Source of the DNA: Chrysomallon squamiferum
Lineage: Eukaryota > Animalia > Mollusca
Assembly: GCA_012295275.1 (NCBI GenBank)
Contig: CM022674.1
Coordinates: forward strand, 11,408,001-11,472,000
Direction: 5' to 3'
DNA length: 64,000 nt
Position numbers and translations under genes: made by a program. Of the stretch, positions 45,210-59,820 are shown piece by piece (position 1 is the first letter of the stretch; each line of letters opens with the position of its first letter). The notes beneath the pieces were generated by a model. That model was not told where the DNA came from and did no database searches. It saw nothing but the letters and a program-made list of their open reading frames with translations.

Positions 45210-46008
45210 TATTTTTAAACTGTGTAATAAAGAGATTAAAATGATAAGATAAATTAAGATAGATTAAAAAGGAATGAATGGATGAATTACTGATAACATA
45301 AATATTATATGGAAAACAAAAAACAAATAAATGAATAAACCAAAAATAATATATAAAGAAATAAAGAAATGAAAAAATATAACCAATCAACTAAAAACAA
45401 CAACAAAAAATTCCACAAAAAAAAGAAAAAAGTGAATAAATAAATAAACAAACAAACAAACAAACAAACAAACAAACAAAACTAAAATAAATAAAAATAA
45501 ATAAAACTAAATAAATAAATAGATAAATAAAGTATAATAAAATAATTTAAAATTTAAAATTAAAAAAAAATTATATTAAAAAATCCCTAAAAGGGCCTAC
45601 TAATTTTCATTGTCATTTATTTTATGATGTTTATCTTACACTTTATATTTAAAAAAAAATAAAAAATGATAATCTACAAAAAGACCAATCTACTGTCCAT
45701 CTTGTATATGCATATCTTGACATCTGGCACCCCAGTCAGAAACAAACCATAAAATAAAAAAGTCTTTCTGTTTAAAGAATGAGAAACAAATGACCAAGGT
45801 GAACCGAGTGCTAACTGAGATTGTTCTGTTGAAACTAAGCATGAGACACCAAACACCCATGCATTGAAAAACAAGCACACTAATTTGCTGTGCTGGAGTA
45901 GATTATGAGAATTCCTGGGTCACACAAGACAAAAAGATAGAAGAAACAGAATGGTTTGTTGATATGTAGTGTGGTTGTTGATGATGAGTGGGAGGGAGGG
46001 AGGGAGGG

Positions 46009-46063
<55 letters not shown>

Positions 46064-47078
46064 GAAGGGAAAGAAAAGTGGAGTTTTGAAAACATGAGAC
46101 ATAAGAGAGAGATGGAGAGAAACTTAGAGAGAAAGAAGAAAGTCAGACTGACAGAAATAAATAAATAGATAAAAAATAACAGTGAGTAATATAAAGATAC
46201 AGAGAGACAGTGATGGAGATACAGAGAGAGGAAGAGAGACAGATGCTCATGCACTGACAGACAACTCACTGCACAGTAAATGATGTGAACTCCTGGGTCA
46301 CACAAAACTAAAAGAACAGACAACAAAACAGAGAAACAGTTGAGAAGTACGCTGAAATACTGCAGACACTTGTTGATAACTTATCAAATAGGAATCAGTG
46401 AAAACAAGATAGACAGAAAAGGGATGGGAGAAAGATAGATAGAGAAACAGATTCAAAGCTAGGGAGATAAAAAAAAAAGACCAAAAAAACAAACAATATA
46501 CAAACAGACACACACACACACATATATATATACACATGCACATATACAAACTGATAAACATACACACAGACACAGACATAAACACAGACACACACACAGA
46601 CACACATGCACACAGACACAGACATAAACACAGACACACACACAGACACAGACACACACAGACATACATGTAAATGGGACACATACTCACACACAGAAAG
46701 AAGACAATGGCAAAGACTCTGAAGACCTGAGGAATGGGTACAAACACGTGTGTTTGAAAACACAGCAAACCTCAAAACACATGTTCCTTTTAGTCACCGG
46801 GGAAACCACAGACCAGCCTTGAGTAATCCCAACAAGTTGTCATTGTCTCCTCAACCCCCCACCCCCCACTGGAGGGCTTCTTGCCTTAATGGAGGTTAGG
46901 GAGGGGACCTGTCCAGATTCATAACACATGTCAAGTTAAGAAAACATGCCTCCATGAAAACATTTAAAAATTAGAAGACTTATAAAGTCAACCTTCATTT
47001 GTCTGTGATTGTTTTGTAGAATCAGTTTCTTTTGTTATTTGTTTGTGTTGGTTACTTTTGTGTTAATGCATGGTATAG

Positions 47079-47079
47079 A

Positions 47080-47120
<41 letters not shown>

Positions 47121-47155
47121 TAATAATGTATTTTTATTATTACTATTATATATTA

Positions 47156-47230
<75 letters not shown>
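47079..47230. repeat. (AAT)n followed by complementary (ATT)n
   Basis: Read directly; the arrangement is self-complementary. Confidence 0.92.
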
Positions 47231-47780
47231 TAGTGTCATTTTTTAAAAATATCATTAAAGTATGTTCTTCTAATTAGATTAGAAATCCTGTGGTATGTGC
47301 TGTTCTGTGAAAAGATTTTCATTTCAGTTATCTATAATGATTATTTCTGTATTTATTATTTAAACCAAAATGTTTTTATTTAAAAATTCAAAAATACAGA
47401 GACTACTACACAAAATCAGTTTTTAAAAGCACTGGTCAGTAGCGTATTTAATTATTTTAATGAGTTTTTAAAATTAATTTTAAAATTAAAATAAAATATA
47501 TATATATTATTTTAAACTACATTATTTTAAATTAAATTTTTAAACTGGAAAAAATAAAATAAAATAAAATAAATAAATAAATAAATAAGAACTATAAGAT
47601 GAAATTTAATTTAAGAAGTATTGTATATAATTTTGTAAATTTATTTCTGGGTTCTTTCACAAAGTGTAATTTTATATCGAAGAAAAATACTAAATACTGT
47701 TTTTACAAGATTGTACAGCTCAATTTCCAAAATATTTAATTATTTTAGAAAATAATACAAACCAAAAAAGAATACTTTGT

Positions 47781-48100
47781 TCTAAACTATAACACTGCAA
47801 AACTTCAAGAATTTAAAAAATAGAAAATTAAATTCTAGAAAAATAAAATCTTATATATAATAATCTAAACCGTAAGATTGTAAAATGTAACTTCATGAAT
47901 TTAAAAAAAAATATAGAAAATCAAATTCTCAAAAAATAGATTATTATATAAGATCTAAACCTGCAAATTTTAAAAATTAACTTCATGAAACATATAATTA
48001 TATAAATACAAAAAAAACTTTTTTTTAAATTTTAATTTCTAGAAAAATAAAATCTTATATGTATTGTTCTAAACCTGTGCATTTTAAAAAGTTAACTTTG
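47781..48100. repeat. Degenerate tandem repeat, about 85-115 bp x3-4
   Basis: tctaaac...aacttca...aaattct.gaaaaataaaatcttatat recurs at 47781, 47864, 47954 and 48068. Confidence 0.75.
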
Positions 48101-48414
48101 ATGGGTGCGTCTGACATGCAGATCTGCACAAACAAACAGAGATGTGAGCGGGATTGGATTGGATTGCAGAGTGAGTCTGATGAGACTCTGGCCTGACAGT
48201 CAGTCATGTTGACTGTTTTCTCAGCTGAGCACTGCAGCAGTCAGGCGCGTGATCCAATCATCACACAGACTGAATCAGAGATGAACGGAGTTTCCTACAC
48301 TCACTGTTAGCAGCCACGTCTTAAAGCTACCCTCACCAGACTGTCAAACAGCTTGAACATGCTTCAGAAGCAGAGAGAACAGACATACAGACATACAGAT
48401 AGAAATACCTATAG

Positions 48415-48459
<45 letters not shown>

Positions 48460-49285
48460 CAGATAGATGATAGATAGAGGACGACAGATGAATATATATA
48501 TATAGATATAGATATATAGATATATATAAATATAAATAGATGTAAATATAGATATAGATATATAGTTAGATATACAGACAGACAGACAGACAGAGGTAAA
48601 AAGCACAAATAAATAAATAAATAGACAGAGAAAGAAAGAATGAAAAATTGACACAGAATGTGACAGAGGAATAGAAAAAAATTAAAACAGTGTGATGGAA
48701 ATAGAAAGAAACACAGAAGGAACGAAATAAAAATATTAAACACTAAATACATTTAATTACATATCCTCTAACTTTCTAATCAAAAATATGATCTATGTAA
48801 GACTGGTTTCTTCTTCTGTTATTACACAACAACAGACATCCTATAATTAACAGCCTTTATCACAATTAAAACAATAACAGCTAGCCTTACGACAAAACAC
48901 TGGTAAAGTGAACATTAAAACAGACATAAAAAACACATTACACTCATCATTTTAATATCCGTTAAAAATCAGAAAATGGATCTCACTTCATCGCTGTGCC
49001 CCCCCATGGTGATGAAGTCAGTACAGCACAGCAACAACATTACACCTCTCATCTGATATCACATGTGACAATAATACATTTCTTCAGCGTAATTGCAGGT
49101 TTGTAGCGTTCAACACCTCATACTGTGAAGAAAATGTTTTGCTGTTTAAATGGCTTCGTGCTGCAGTTTAATTTGTGATCAATTTCACTTCCATTAGCTT
49201 GTCTAATTCCTTCTCTCCGTGTCTAGTTCCTTCATTCAGTAGTCCTATCTCTCATTCCTCTTGTCATTCCTTCTCTTTCTTTCCA

Positions 49286-49326
<41 letters not shown>

Positions 49327-50371
49327 ATGGCAGTGACAAATACAGAAGATTTATTCCATCTCCCTGTTGAATTCTTAACACTTTAAAAACAAATCTAATC
49401 TCTTTATATAACGCTTATACAAAAATAAAATGTTATAGTCTGTATTTTATTAATATGTTGTTGTTTTTAAAAATAAAAGGTTATAGTCTGTATTTTATTA
49501 ATATGTTGTTGTTTTTTTTTATTTTTTATTTAGTAATGATGCTTTGCAAGCAAATATTTATGAAGGTAAAACGGTTAATACATCATACATTGTTGATAAA
49601 TATTTAAAATTATTATTAATTTTGCAATAAATCTGTCAGGTTAAGTTAAGTGTTTGATAAATGTCTCTGTTCTGATGGATCAGTGCTTGGACAGACTGAG
49701 GAAATTAAGGACTGATGGATGGTCAGACACAGACTAATTGAAAGAAAGAGATATATGTGGATGAAAGGATAGACAGGATGAAAGGATAGACAGACTGAAA
49801 GAGAGATTGGATGAGTAAATGGAATGAATGAATGGATAAATGGATGGATTAAATAAGTAAACAAAATAAAAATGTAAACAAACAAATAGATAGATAAGTG
49901 AATAAGGAAATAAAGAAATAAAGAAACAAATAAATAAATAAGTGCAGTTGTACTGTCTGGAACGTAATCAAAATTATGGCCAATTAATTAGAAATGCCAG
50001 ACTGGTAGTGTGGAATATACTATTATTCAAATTTTTATTTTATTGTTATTATTATCACTTTTTATTTTTTCAAGGGTTATGATAATGAGTCTGCCAAGCA
50101 AACTATGACAGTAATTAGTAAATTAATTTCTCACTATTGGGTCTAATTACCAGAGAGTTTCCCTACTGCAACCTTTTCGTGGTTTTTAAACTAACAGCAA
50201 TCAAATGATCATAGCGTCTGCACAACCAGTCTCAATTAGAGTGATCAAGCAAGTGGGTGTAATAAAACAGTGATATTACACAGGCATTTGTCAAACAGCT
50301 GGCTAATGTGTAAGAATTTCATTATCTTGTAAATGTGTGGCAATATATTAACATAATCATACACACGCACA

Positions 50372-50589
50372 CACACACATACATACATACATATACACAT
50401 GCACATGTAACTCTGGAATATATACATACATCTACACCAGTATTTACACACACATACATACATATACACACGCACATGTAACTCTGGAATATATACATAC
50501 ATCTACACCAGTATTTACACACACATACATACATATACACACGCACATGTAACTCTGGAATATATACATACATATACACCAGTATTTAC

Positions 50590-50590
<1 letters not shown>
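50372..50590. repeat. 71-bp tandem repeat x3
   Basis: gcacatgtaactctggaatatatacataca recurs at 50401, 50472 and 50543. Confidence 0.92.
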
Positions 50591-50657
<67 letters not shown>

Positions 50658-51574
50658 ACACACATATACATATACATACATACAAACATACATACTTACA
50701 TACATATGTACACACATACACATATTGCTAATTGTTAATGTGTGTATATATCAGATGTAATACACATCACTGTATATAAAAAACACTCAATCTAGTCTAT
50801 GTTTGAAATCCAGCACACCAGTGAATGTTTTCTGAGCAATGAGAAACTGATATCAACAGTTTATTGTATATGTCTGTGTAATAAAATAAATATGTATCAG
50901 TGTGTATGTAGAAAATGTACTTAATTCATATATGATGTTTAAATCACTGAATGATATATGAGCAAACTGATAAATCTGTGTAATAAATAGGCAGTAAGAT
51001 AAATGTGCCACTGTTTATAAAATTGAATGTACTTAATGAACCCAGTAATATTTAAAACACTGAGTAATTAGATTTTTGCTTTATAAGTAAGTAACAGTTA
51101 TATCTGTAGACACACACACACACACACAAAATATATGTCAGTACATAAGTATGCAATAAACTTGATTTGTCATTGCTTATAAAAAGTACATAAATTATTT
51201 AATAAAGTTTAAAATCCTAAGTAATCGAACTCTTTTGCAATAAACTTTTTATTATTTAAATATATAACTTGCATAAAGCAGCCCATATATACATGCAGAC
51301 ACGCACTGTGTTCAGTTAATTATTTATAATTATACCAGTGCTTACAAAAATGTACTCAACCCAGTTTTAAATCCTTGATGTATGGTCAGTCAAACTTTAT
51401 AATTTCTTTTTATTATTATTATTATTATATAATAAAACAAGATATAACATTTATTAAAATTTTATTTTTGCATATAATGATATTTAAATTTTTAACTGTC
51501 TGATATTCTTATAAACTAGTTTTTCACAATGTAATAACTGAACATGCAAGTTTTAAATCAGCAATATTTAAACT

Positions 51575-52258
51575 GCTGTATGTCATTATGTAATAACTTA
51601 GATATATGTCAGCATTTATAAACAGTAAATAAACATATACAATAATACATAAATGGTGAGTGATATCAACTGTTAGTTAACTGTTAAATCAGTATGTCAT
51701 TATGTAATAACTTTGATACCTGTCAGTCTTTATAAATGATAAATAAACTTGTACAATAAAATTTTAAAAGGTAAGCAATATCAACTATTTTTTCTACTAA
51801 ATCAGTATGTCATTAAGTAATAACTCAGATAAATGTCAGTGTTTATAACATAAACTCAGATAATAATATTTAAAATGTTGAGTGACGTTTGTCAACTAGT
51901 TTTTACTATGTATTAACTTTTCATTCTGTATGGCAGTATGTAATAACTTAGATATGTGTTGATGTTTATAAAATGTAATTTATGTAATAATATTTGTAGT
52001 TTTTATTGTGCAATAACTTTTAAATCAGTATATCAGTATGTAATAACTTAGATATGTGTTGATGTTTATAAAATGTAATTTATGTAATAACATTTATGAT
52101 TTTTATTGTATAATAACTTTTAAATCAGTATGTAAGGTTGTAATAACTTAGATATCTTTTGATGTTCATAAAATGTATTTTTAATATTGTGTAATAACTT
52201 TTAAAACAGTATGTCAGGTTGTAATAACTTAGATATGTGTCGGTGTTTATAAAATATA
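51575..52258. repeat. Degenerate AT-rich minisatellite, about 80-120-bp units x7
   Basis: Core gtatgtcattatgtaataacttagatat...tttataa recurs near 51578, 51692, 51805, 51928, 52028, 52128 and 52209. Confidence 0.85.
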
Positions 52259-53109
52259 CTCAGTCTAGTTAAAAATTCTGAGTGATATATGAGCAATCAG
52301 ATATTCCTGTCAACTAGATTTTACTGCCTTGAAAAACTTCTTCACAAGTCTGTCTAGTAAACATGTGACAATTCTATATGTGTGGGAAACACTCCACACA
52401 ACATCTGTACTGTTATCTCAAAGCAGTGGTTTAGAAAATAGCATGTCTCGCAGTTAATCACATGTTTGTCTGTCTGTGTGTTTCTGTTACTTGTGTGCAC
52501 ATGTAAGATTACATCTGTTTGTATCTGTGTATCTTGTGAAGCTATTAAAAGATATTTTGATTACTTTTAAATGACTGCATATTAGTAAATACTATGTCGT
52601 AACCATACATGATCATATTAATTACATACATGCACAAACAAACTGAACTGAAAGATTTTTAAATCTTGTTATGGTAAAAGAACATAATAGACATATTGTC
52701 TTTCGACAAAAAAAATTTAAAAATTTAAAGAGAAGATTTATTTGTTCTTAAATAAATAATTCTACTTTAAGAATGACAACCTTTGTTATAGATAGCAATA
52801 AACTCTTCTGACAGTGGTTTACATTTTGCCATGTTCCTGAGTGCAGCTGATAAGAGAAAAAAGATCAGTGTTATTTGTATGAGAATGTACTAGGAAAATG
52901 TTCACTGTTACTTGGTCACAACAAGGGTGAGATTTTCCTGTTATGTCTTATCTGAGTTAAACAAGGATGTTAAAGACACATTGATATATCACTAGATCTC
53001 TCTCCAATGATTCCAGGCCTCCTCTAAAGCTCTTCACACACTGATAGAGGCACTAACAAATATTCTGCATTCTTGTCCTGTTATTTCTATCATACTTAAC
53101 CAGCATAGA

Positions 53110-53598
<489 letters not shown>

Positions 53599-53994
53599 TG
53601 ACATCTCATTTCTGTTTCTTACCCATCCTTATTTTCTTTTTTCATTTTGATTATCTTTTCTTTATCAGGTCCAATTCTACACACATCCTTTCTCTGAATC
53701 TACTCCACACACACACAGATCAACCTGTCCATATCTGATCCACTTGTGTCCCAGCTATCTGTCCTAATTTGTCCTCTGTCACCTAATCATCCTCAATCTA
53801 TTTCACTTTCACCCAAATCACTTCTATAGATCTGCACTATTGTCACCCAGATAACCCTATCATTGCATGATCCACTGTCACCAAAATCACCCACAAGTTT
53901 CTGTCACTTCTCCCCAGTCACCCTCTTCATCATATCTGTTCTTCCCTTCCCTGGAGAACCTGCTCCGTGTAAACTCTGCTCTCACCTACATACC

Positions 53995-54080
53995 ACCCCT
54001 CTATAATCTGCACCTCTGTAATGTGCACCTCTATATTCTGCACCTCTATATTCTGCACCTCTGTAATGTGCACCTCTGTA
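53995..54080. repeat. 15-bp tandem repeat x5
   Basis: Alternating tgcacctctgtaatg and tgcacctctatattc units. Confidence 0.85.
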
Positions 54081-54747
54081 TCAACAGGTGTCACTTTCGA
54101 TGAGCTCTCAAGTAGTCGTGGAAATGAAGAATCAACAAGAAAGGGAAGAGTGTAACAAAACTGTACTTGAGACAAATTAGCCAACACAAACATGAGATAG
54201 AGCAAACTGAACACACAAACCTCTCCAGCTGTTTCTTTATAAAAAAAATTTCCCTTTCTTATATTCTGTTTCCAAAGTGACATATATTCTCTGTTCTATG
54301 TAGTGTAGCTTTAAAACAATTACTATTATTATTATTTTATTTTTATTTTTTGGGGGGTAAAGTAATGATATGTATTTTTTAAAGTTTCTTAAATTGTTTA
54401 AAATAATAATCATGATTTTTGTTTATATTTATTTTTCTTTCCTGATTTGTTTTTTCTCTTTATTTGATTTTTTAAATTAATTTTTATTATTAACATTTTT
54501 TTTGTAAAATATTCGTTAAATTTCCTAAATCATTTAAAACAATAATCATTATTCTTTTTTGTCTTTTTTATTGTTTCCTGATTTGCTTTTTCTTATTATT
54601 TTATTTTTCTAAATAATGTTTTTTTTTTGTTTTTTTTTTTCCTTAAGGTTTCACAAATTTACTAAGAAACTGTCCCTTTGTCTGTATATATATTTTTAAT
54701 TTCTTTCATTAATTTAATTTATTATTATTTTTATTATTATGAACTGC

Positions 54748-54864
54748 TATTATTATTATTGTTATTATTATTACTATTATTATTATTATTATTATTACTA
54801 TTACTATTACTATTACTATTACTATTACTATTACTATTACTATTATTATTATTATTATTATTAC

Positions 54865-54930
<66 letters not shown>
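54748..54930. repeat. (ATT/ACT)n microsatellite
   Basis: Read directly. Confidence 0.95.
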
Positions 54931-54931
<1 letters not shown>

Positions 54932-55922
54932 ATTATTTCTATTAACCTCCACACAGAATATATAAATAATCTAATATTACATTTTCACATATTTGAATAC
55001 ATGTACAAACAGCTGTCAGATATCTGAGTAAAACAAAAAAACTCTCTCCACTACACTCATCTTACAAATTCTTTATTTCGCCTGGTATTTCACTAGCGCA
55101 GTGTCTCTCCCAGCTAATAGCCAACAAGAATGACACTGTAGACACAACAGGTTTCAGCAAACTTAATATTGTCTTAAAATTACACACACTATTTGCAACG
55201 CTAACAAAAGCAGAAGATTCCCACCATGTTTCAGTGTTTGAAGAAAAACGACTCCAACAACGATCGTCACCATGTCAAACATCATTTACATGGTTGTGTA
55301 ATCACTTAGTGAAACCTCATCGGCCACAACAACTCCCAGTTAGGGTGAAAACTGGCTGAGCACACAGTCAGTGTATCATCACACCTTCGTTTGGAAAGAG
55401 TCGCTTTAAAATGTCCACTGCTGGTATTTGACAGTCAACATGGAAATTTGTCTGCCCAGCGTAAAGTATTGGACAAAGTCGGACGTCTGTCAATTTGTCC
55501 GATGTTGATCTGTCTACTGTTGATTTACCTATTGTAGATTGGTCTACTGCTAATTGTTCTGCTGTGTTTTATTTATCAATATGTATAAGCCAGAGTAAAA
55601 CACTGGCTTGAGAAATAATCTCAAGAAGTGGTCAGTCAAACAAAAACATAAAAAACATTTGTCTTCTCCGTGGTGAGCAGACTTTAGGGGAACATTATTT
55701 AAAGATATCTCTCTCTTTCATTTCTCACTCTCCTGCTCTTACTGTCTGTCATTGTCTCTTTTTGTCAGTTACTCTTTTTCTCTCTAATTATCTGTCTCTC
55801 TTTCTGTCTCTTAATGTCTGTTAAATCTCTCTTTTTCTCTCAGTCTGTGTGACTCTTTCTCTCTTCTTTCTTTCCCTCTGTGATTTTTCTTTGTGTTTTT
55901 ATTAAATTCTTCTGTTACTTAC

Positions 55923-56005
<83 letters not shown>

Positions 56006-56464
56006 TTTTCTCTCTCAGTGTTAAAAAGAAATAGTGAGGATAATTGGAGAACAAACAAATGGAAGGAATGTTGTCAAGTGTAGGAAAACAAAGACATTGG
56101 TTTTGTAATTGGTGGAGGATTTCCAGGAATGAGAGGAGACTGTGGCGTGGGAGACTTCTTTTGCCGATGTGGACGATAGCGCCGTGCGTCTGTTTGTCTG
56201 TTTGTCGTTACATACTGAGTGGATGGAGAAAGAGCAGAAAGTCATTTTCTAGATAGTGTTTTGTCGTTTGTTAGGTGGCTAGCAGCCAGGATAAATACAG
56301 TGACACATGGAGATAGGAAACAGCAGGTATACAGGTCACAGTGTTTGTCCAACTGACTCCCACTCACTTGTCTGTCCATCCACAGATCTGACAGTTGTTA
56401 ACAGAAATACACAGACATAAAATTTAAAATAGAGAGTGAGAGAAAACCTGATGATAGAGATAGG

Positions 56465-56690
<226 letters not shown>

Positions 56691-57332
56691 GATGGATGAA
56701 TGAGTGGATGACAGACATATATATTAGATATGAAATAAAGATACAGATAATATAATTACATAGATAGGAAGATGGATATACAGACAGATAGACAGACAGA
56801 CAGAGGGATGACAAAGATTTGAATTTTTAATGTTCACATATTTGACTTAATCTTTTTATTTAAAGTGATTTAACACACATTTAGATGAGTACATATCTGA
56901 AAATATCAGATGTCAGGTTTAAAATAATATGTACAGCTGAATGATGAGTCAGAATGAAACTAAAACTTATAAAGTCAACACAGTATTTTTCACCTGTTCA
57001 GTTACACATTTAGCATCTTTATATATCAGTTCATCTTAAACACAAACTGGAAAAAAATTAAGTAAGTTTTTAGTAATAGAAAAATTATAATTATAATATA
57101 CAAAATATACAAAAAATTAAACTTTTTGAAGCATAAACCTCATATCATTGTCACTGATATATTGTGCTCTTCTTAGAAATTAGTCATACTCCAGAAGAAA
57201 AGAAAAAAAGAAAGAAAGAAAGAAAAGAAAAAAGGTTTAAAATTGTTTTATTTAAAAGGATAAATGACAAGATGAGAAACTGTTAGACATTTTGCTATGT
57301 AATACATTTTAATTTCTTTAAAATATTAAATA

Positions 57333-57438
57333 AGTATGTATATATGTATGTATGTATGTATGTTTGTATGTATGTATGGTTGTATGTATGTATATGTGTG
57401 TGTATGTATGCATGTAATGTGATATATGTATGCATGTA

Positions 57439-57469
<31 letters not shown>

Positions 57470-57740
57470 TTGTGTGTTTGTATGTATATATGTATGTATG
57501 TATGTATGTATGTAATGTGATATATGTATGTATGTATGTATGTATGTGATATATGTATGTATGTATGTGATATATGTATGTATATATGTATGTATGTATG
57601 TATGTGATATATGTATGTATGTATGTGATCTATGTATGTATGTATGTATGTATGTATGTATGTGATATATGTATGTATATATGTATGTATGTATGTGATA
57701 TATGTATGTGATATATATATATATATGTATTTATGTGTGT
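57333..57740. repeat. Degenerate (TATG)n array with recurring gtgatata interruptions
   Basis: Read directly. Confidence 0.92.
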
Positions 57741-58426
57741 GTTTCCACAGACTGGTTCTATACTGACAAATGTATGAGATCTGTGTGTAAACACTTGTTA
57801 ACTATGTGGTTTACTCTAAAGTGACCAGTGAAAAAGAAGACTACAACAGACAGACCTGCAGAAATCTGGCCCCAGGCTCAACAAGCCAGGTTACAAATTA
57901 ACACTATCACTAGACTGATAACTCAATTAGTGGTGTGAGACCAGTCTATTGTCCCATCACAGGGCATTATGGGATTTGCTCTCTCGTCTCCGTGGGCAAT
58001 CGGACTCTGCGTGTAGCCACGGCGACCGCTGATAATTTATCATATCCTGTTAAAATGTTTTATCTGCACTTTTCACTACAACTGTTTGTGTTGAAACTCA
58101 ACACTGCCTGTTGTTGGTGTGCTTTTCTCATTTTCTTCTCAGCGCTCATTATAAATGTGCTTTTGGTTTAATAGCTTGGAAAATGGGATAATTTGGCAGA
58201 TAAATAATTATTATTATTAGCTGAGAAGTGGGTGTTGGTGGGAACATGCTAGAGATGGGTTGATTATTTGTCTTAGTTTAGGAAATTAAACACTGTCAAA
58301 AAAGTGTGACTGTATCTTATCTGTTAGAAGAAGGATAACATTTAATATCTGAATTAAATTGATATTATTGTTATTGTTATTGCTGTTGTTATTATTACTA
58401 CTATTATTATTATTATTTTTTTATTA

Positions 58427-58494
<68 letters not shown>

Positions 58495-59192
58495 GTTACT
58501 AAAGTTCAATTTATGTTATAGTCTAGCTATTACTATTATTAGGTGTTATTAAATTTAAATAAGTTAAAAAAATAAAATAAAATAAAGAATAAAAAATGAA
58601 GTAAATAACAGATAAATTAATACAGAGCACTTTTCTTCTTTTCAGCCCTGAGAATATTTCTTCTTTTTCTTCTTTCCAGCACTGAGAATATTTCTTCTTT
58701 TTCTTTCTTTTTTCTGTGTTTTTTGTGCATGTGTGTGATTTTTGTTTCATGTTGTTTCTGTGAGGTTGTTTTGGGTTATTTAATTTATTTATTTATTATT
58801 GTTGTTGTTGGTTTTTAATTATTTTTCCCGTTGGTTTTTTTTTCTTTTCTTTTTTCTTTTTTGTATATTTATACTTAACTGTATTATGTTCATGTCTGTA
58901 TATTAATGATCAATTCTGAGTCATTTTTGGGTACATTTTTAAGCCTTTACTTGAATATACAACCTGAATATTCATTTTGGATACTCCTTTTGAAATTGCC
59001 TTTTAAATACAAGTTTTCATGCTATATTTTGAGGCAATATAAAAACCTTATACATGAACTGAATTTATTTCTAACTAATAAAATTCCAAATATAAATAGT
59101 GTTATTAAAAACAAAAAACTAAATTCAATAAACCACTGATTATTCTCATTGTTAAACGATCACTCAGGTATTAAAATCAAGGTGTGACTTAC

Positions 59193-59632
59193 CTCCCAGG
59201 CACAAGAAGGATCTTCGACAGATTCCCGAATAATTCCAGCAAATGGTCCAAGTTTGGTTCCTGCAAGAATTTCAGTTCTGGTCCAAATCCCAAGCCCAGA
59301 ATAAAACTCTGATTGTCTCAGTTCAAAATCAGAAGGGATTTGAATATTTTCTGTCATGAAAGACTGAAGAGCTTCTGATTTCATTTTAAACTTAAAATTG
59401 TCTCCCTTGAAATCAGAGTTATTGTCCTTAGTGATGTTTGATGGAAGATATTCTTTCTTAATTTCAAAATGCGAAGTGATGCCTTCAAATATGGAATTGT
59501 CTTGTTTGATTAAGTTCAATTGTGAATTATCTCCCTTCGTTGTGTCAGACTGTGAATTGTCTCCCTTTGTGTTGTTTTCAAAATCTGTTACATCATCCGC
59601 GGATCTCTGGAACTCTTCAATTACATCACAGT
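59193..59632 (-). CDS. PRDM16: PRDM3/16 (MECOM/PRDM16/hamlet-like) coding exon: N-terminal region plus start of the PR/SET domain
   Basis: Acceptor ttgcAG at 59634-59633 (phase 1, xAC TGT GAT = (D)CDVIEE) and donor GAG|GTAAGT at 59192; 440 nt. It encodes ...ENIQIPSDFELRQSEFYSGLGIWTRTEILAGTKLGPFAGIIRESVEDPSCAWE, which resembles my recollection of PRDM16 [37 protein letters not shown]...DFGWE. The 5' boundary is less certain than the 3' boundary. Confidence 0.9.
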
Positions 59633-59646
59633 CTGCAATCAATAGC

Positions 59647-59685
<39 letters not shown>

Positions 59686-59820
59686 TATAATTATAATGAT
59701 AATTATAATTATAATGATAATGATATAATGATAATGATAACAATAACAATAATGATAATTATAATAATAATGATAATTATAATAATAATGATAATAATGA
59801 TCATGATAATGTATTATTAT
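59647..59820. repeat. (AAT/GAT)n trinucleotide array abutting the exon acceptor
   Basis: Read directly. Confidence 0.92.

Noticed and set aside
51575-52258. Repeat-spacer-like array suggesting CRISPR (likewise 29141-29390 and 50372-50590)
   Set aside because: The intervening segments are homologous to each other, the repeats are degenerate, there are no cas genes and the context is a eukaryotic intron.
59160-59192. ORF-track extensions beyond the exon ends (VSHTLILIPE here; VSVFQF... at 15823-15939; MITQK...CVFQ at 7156-7287)
   Set aside because: They are read-through into introns past canonical splice sites, where PR-domain similarity stops.
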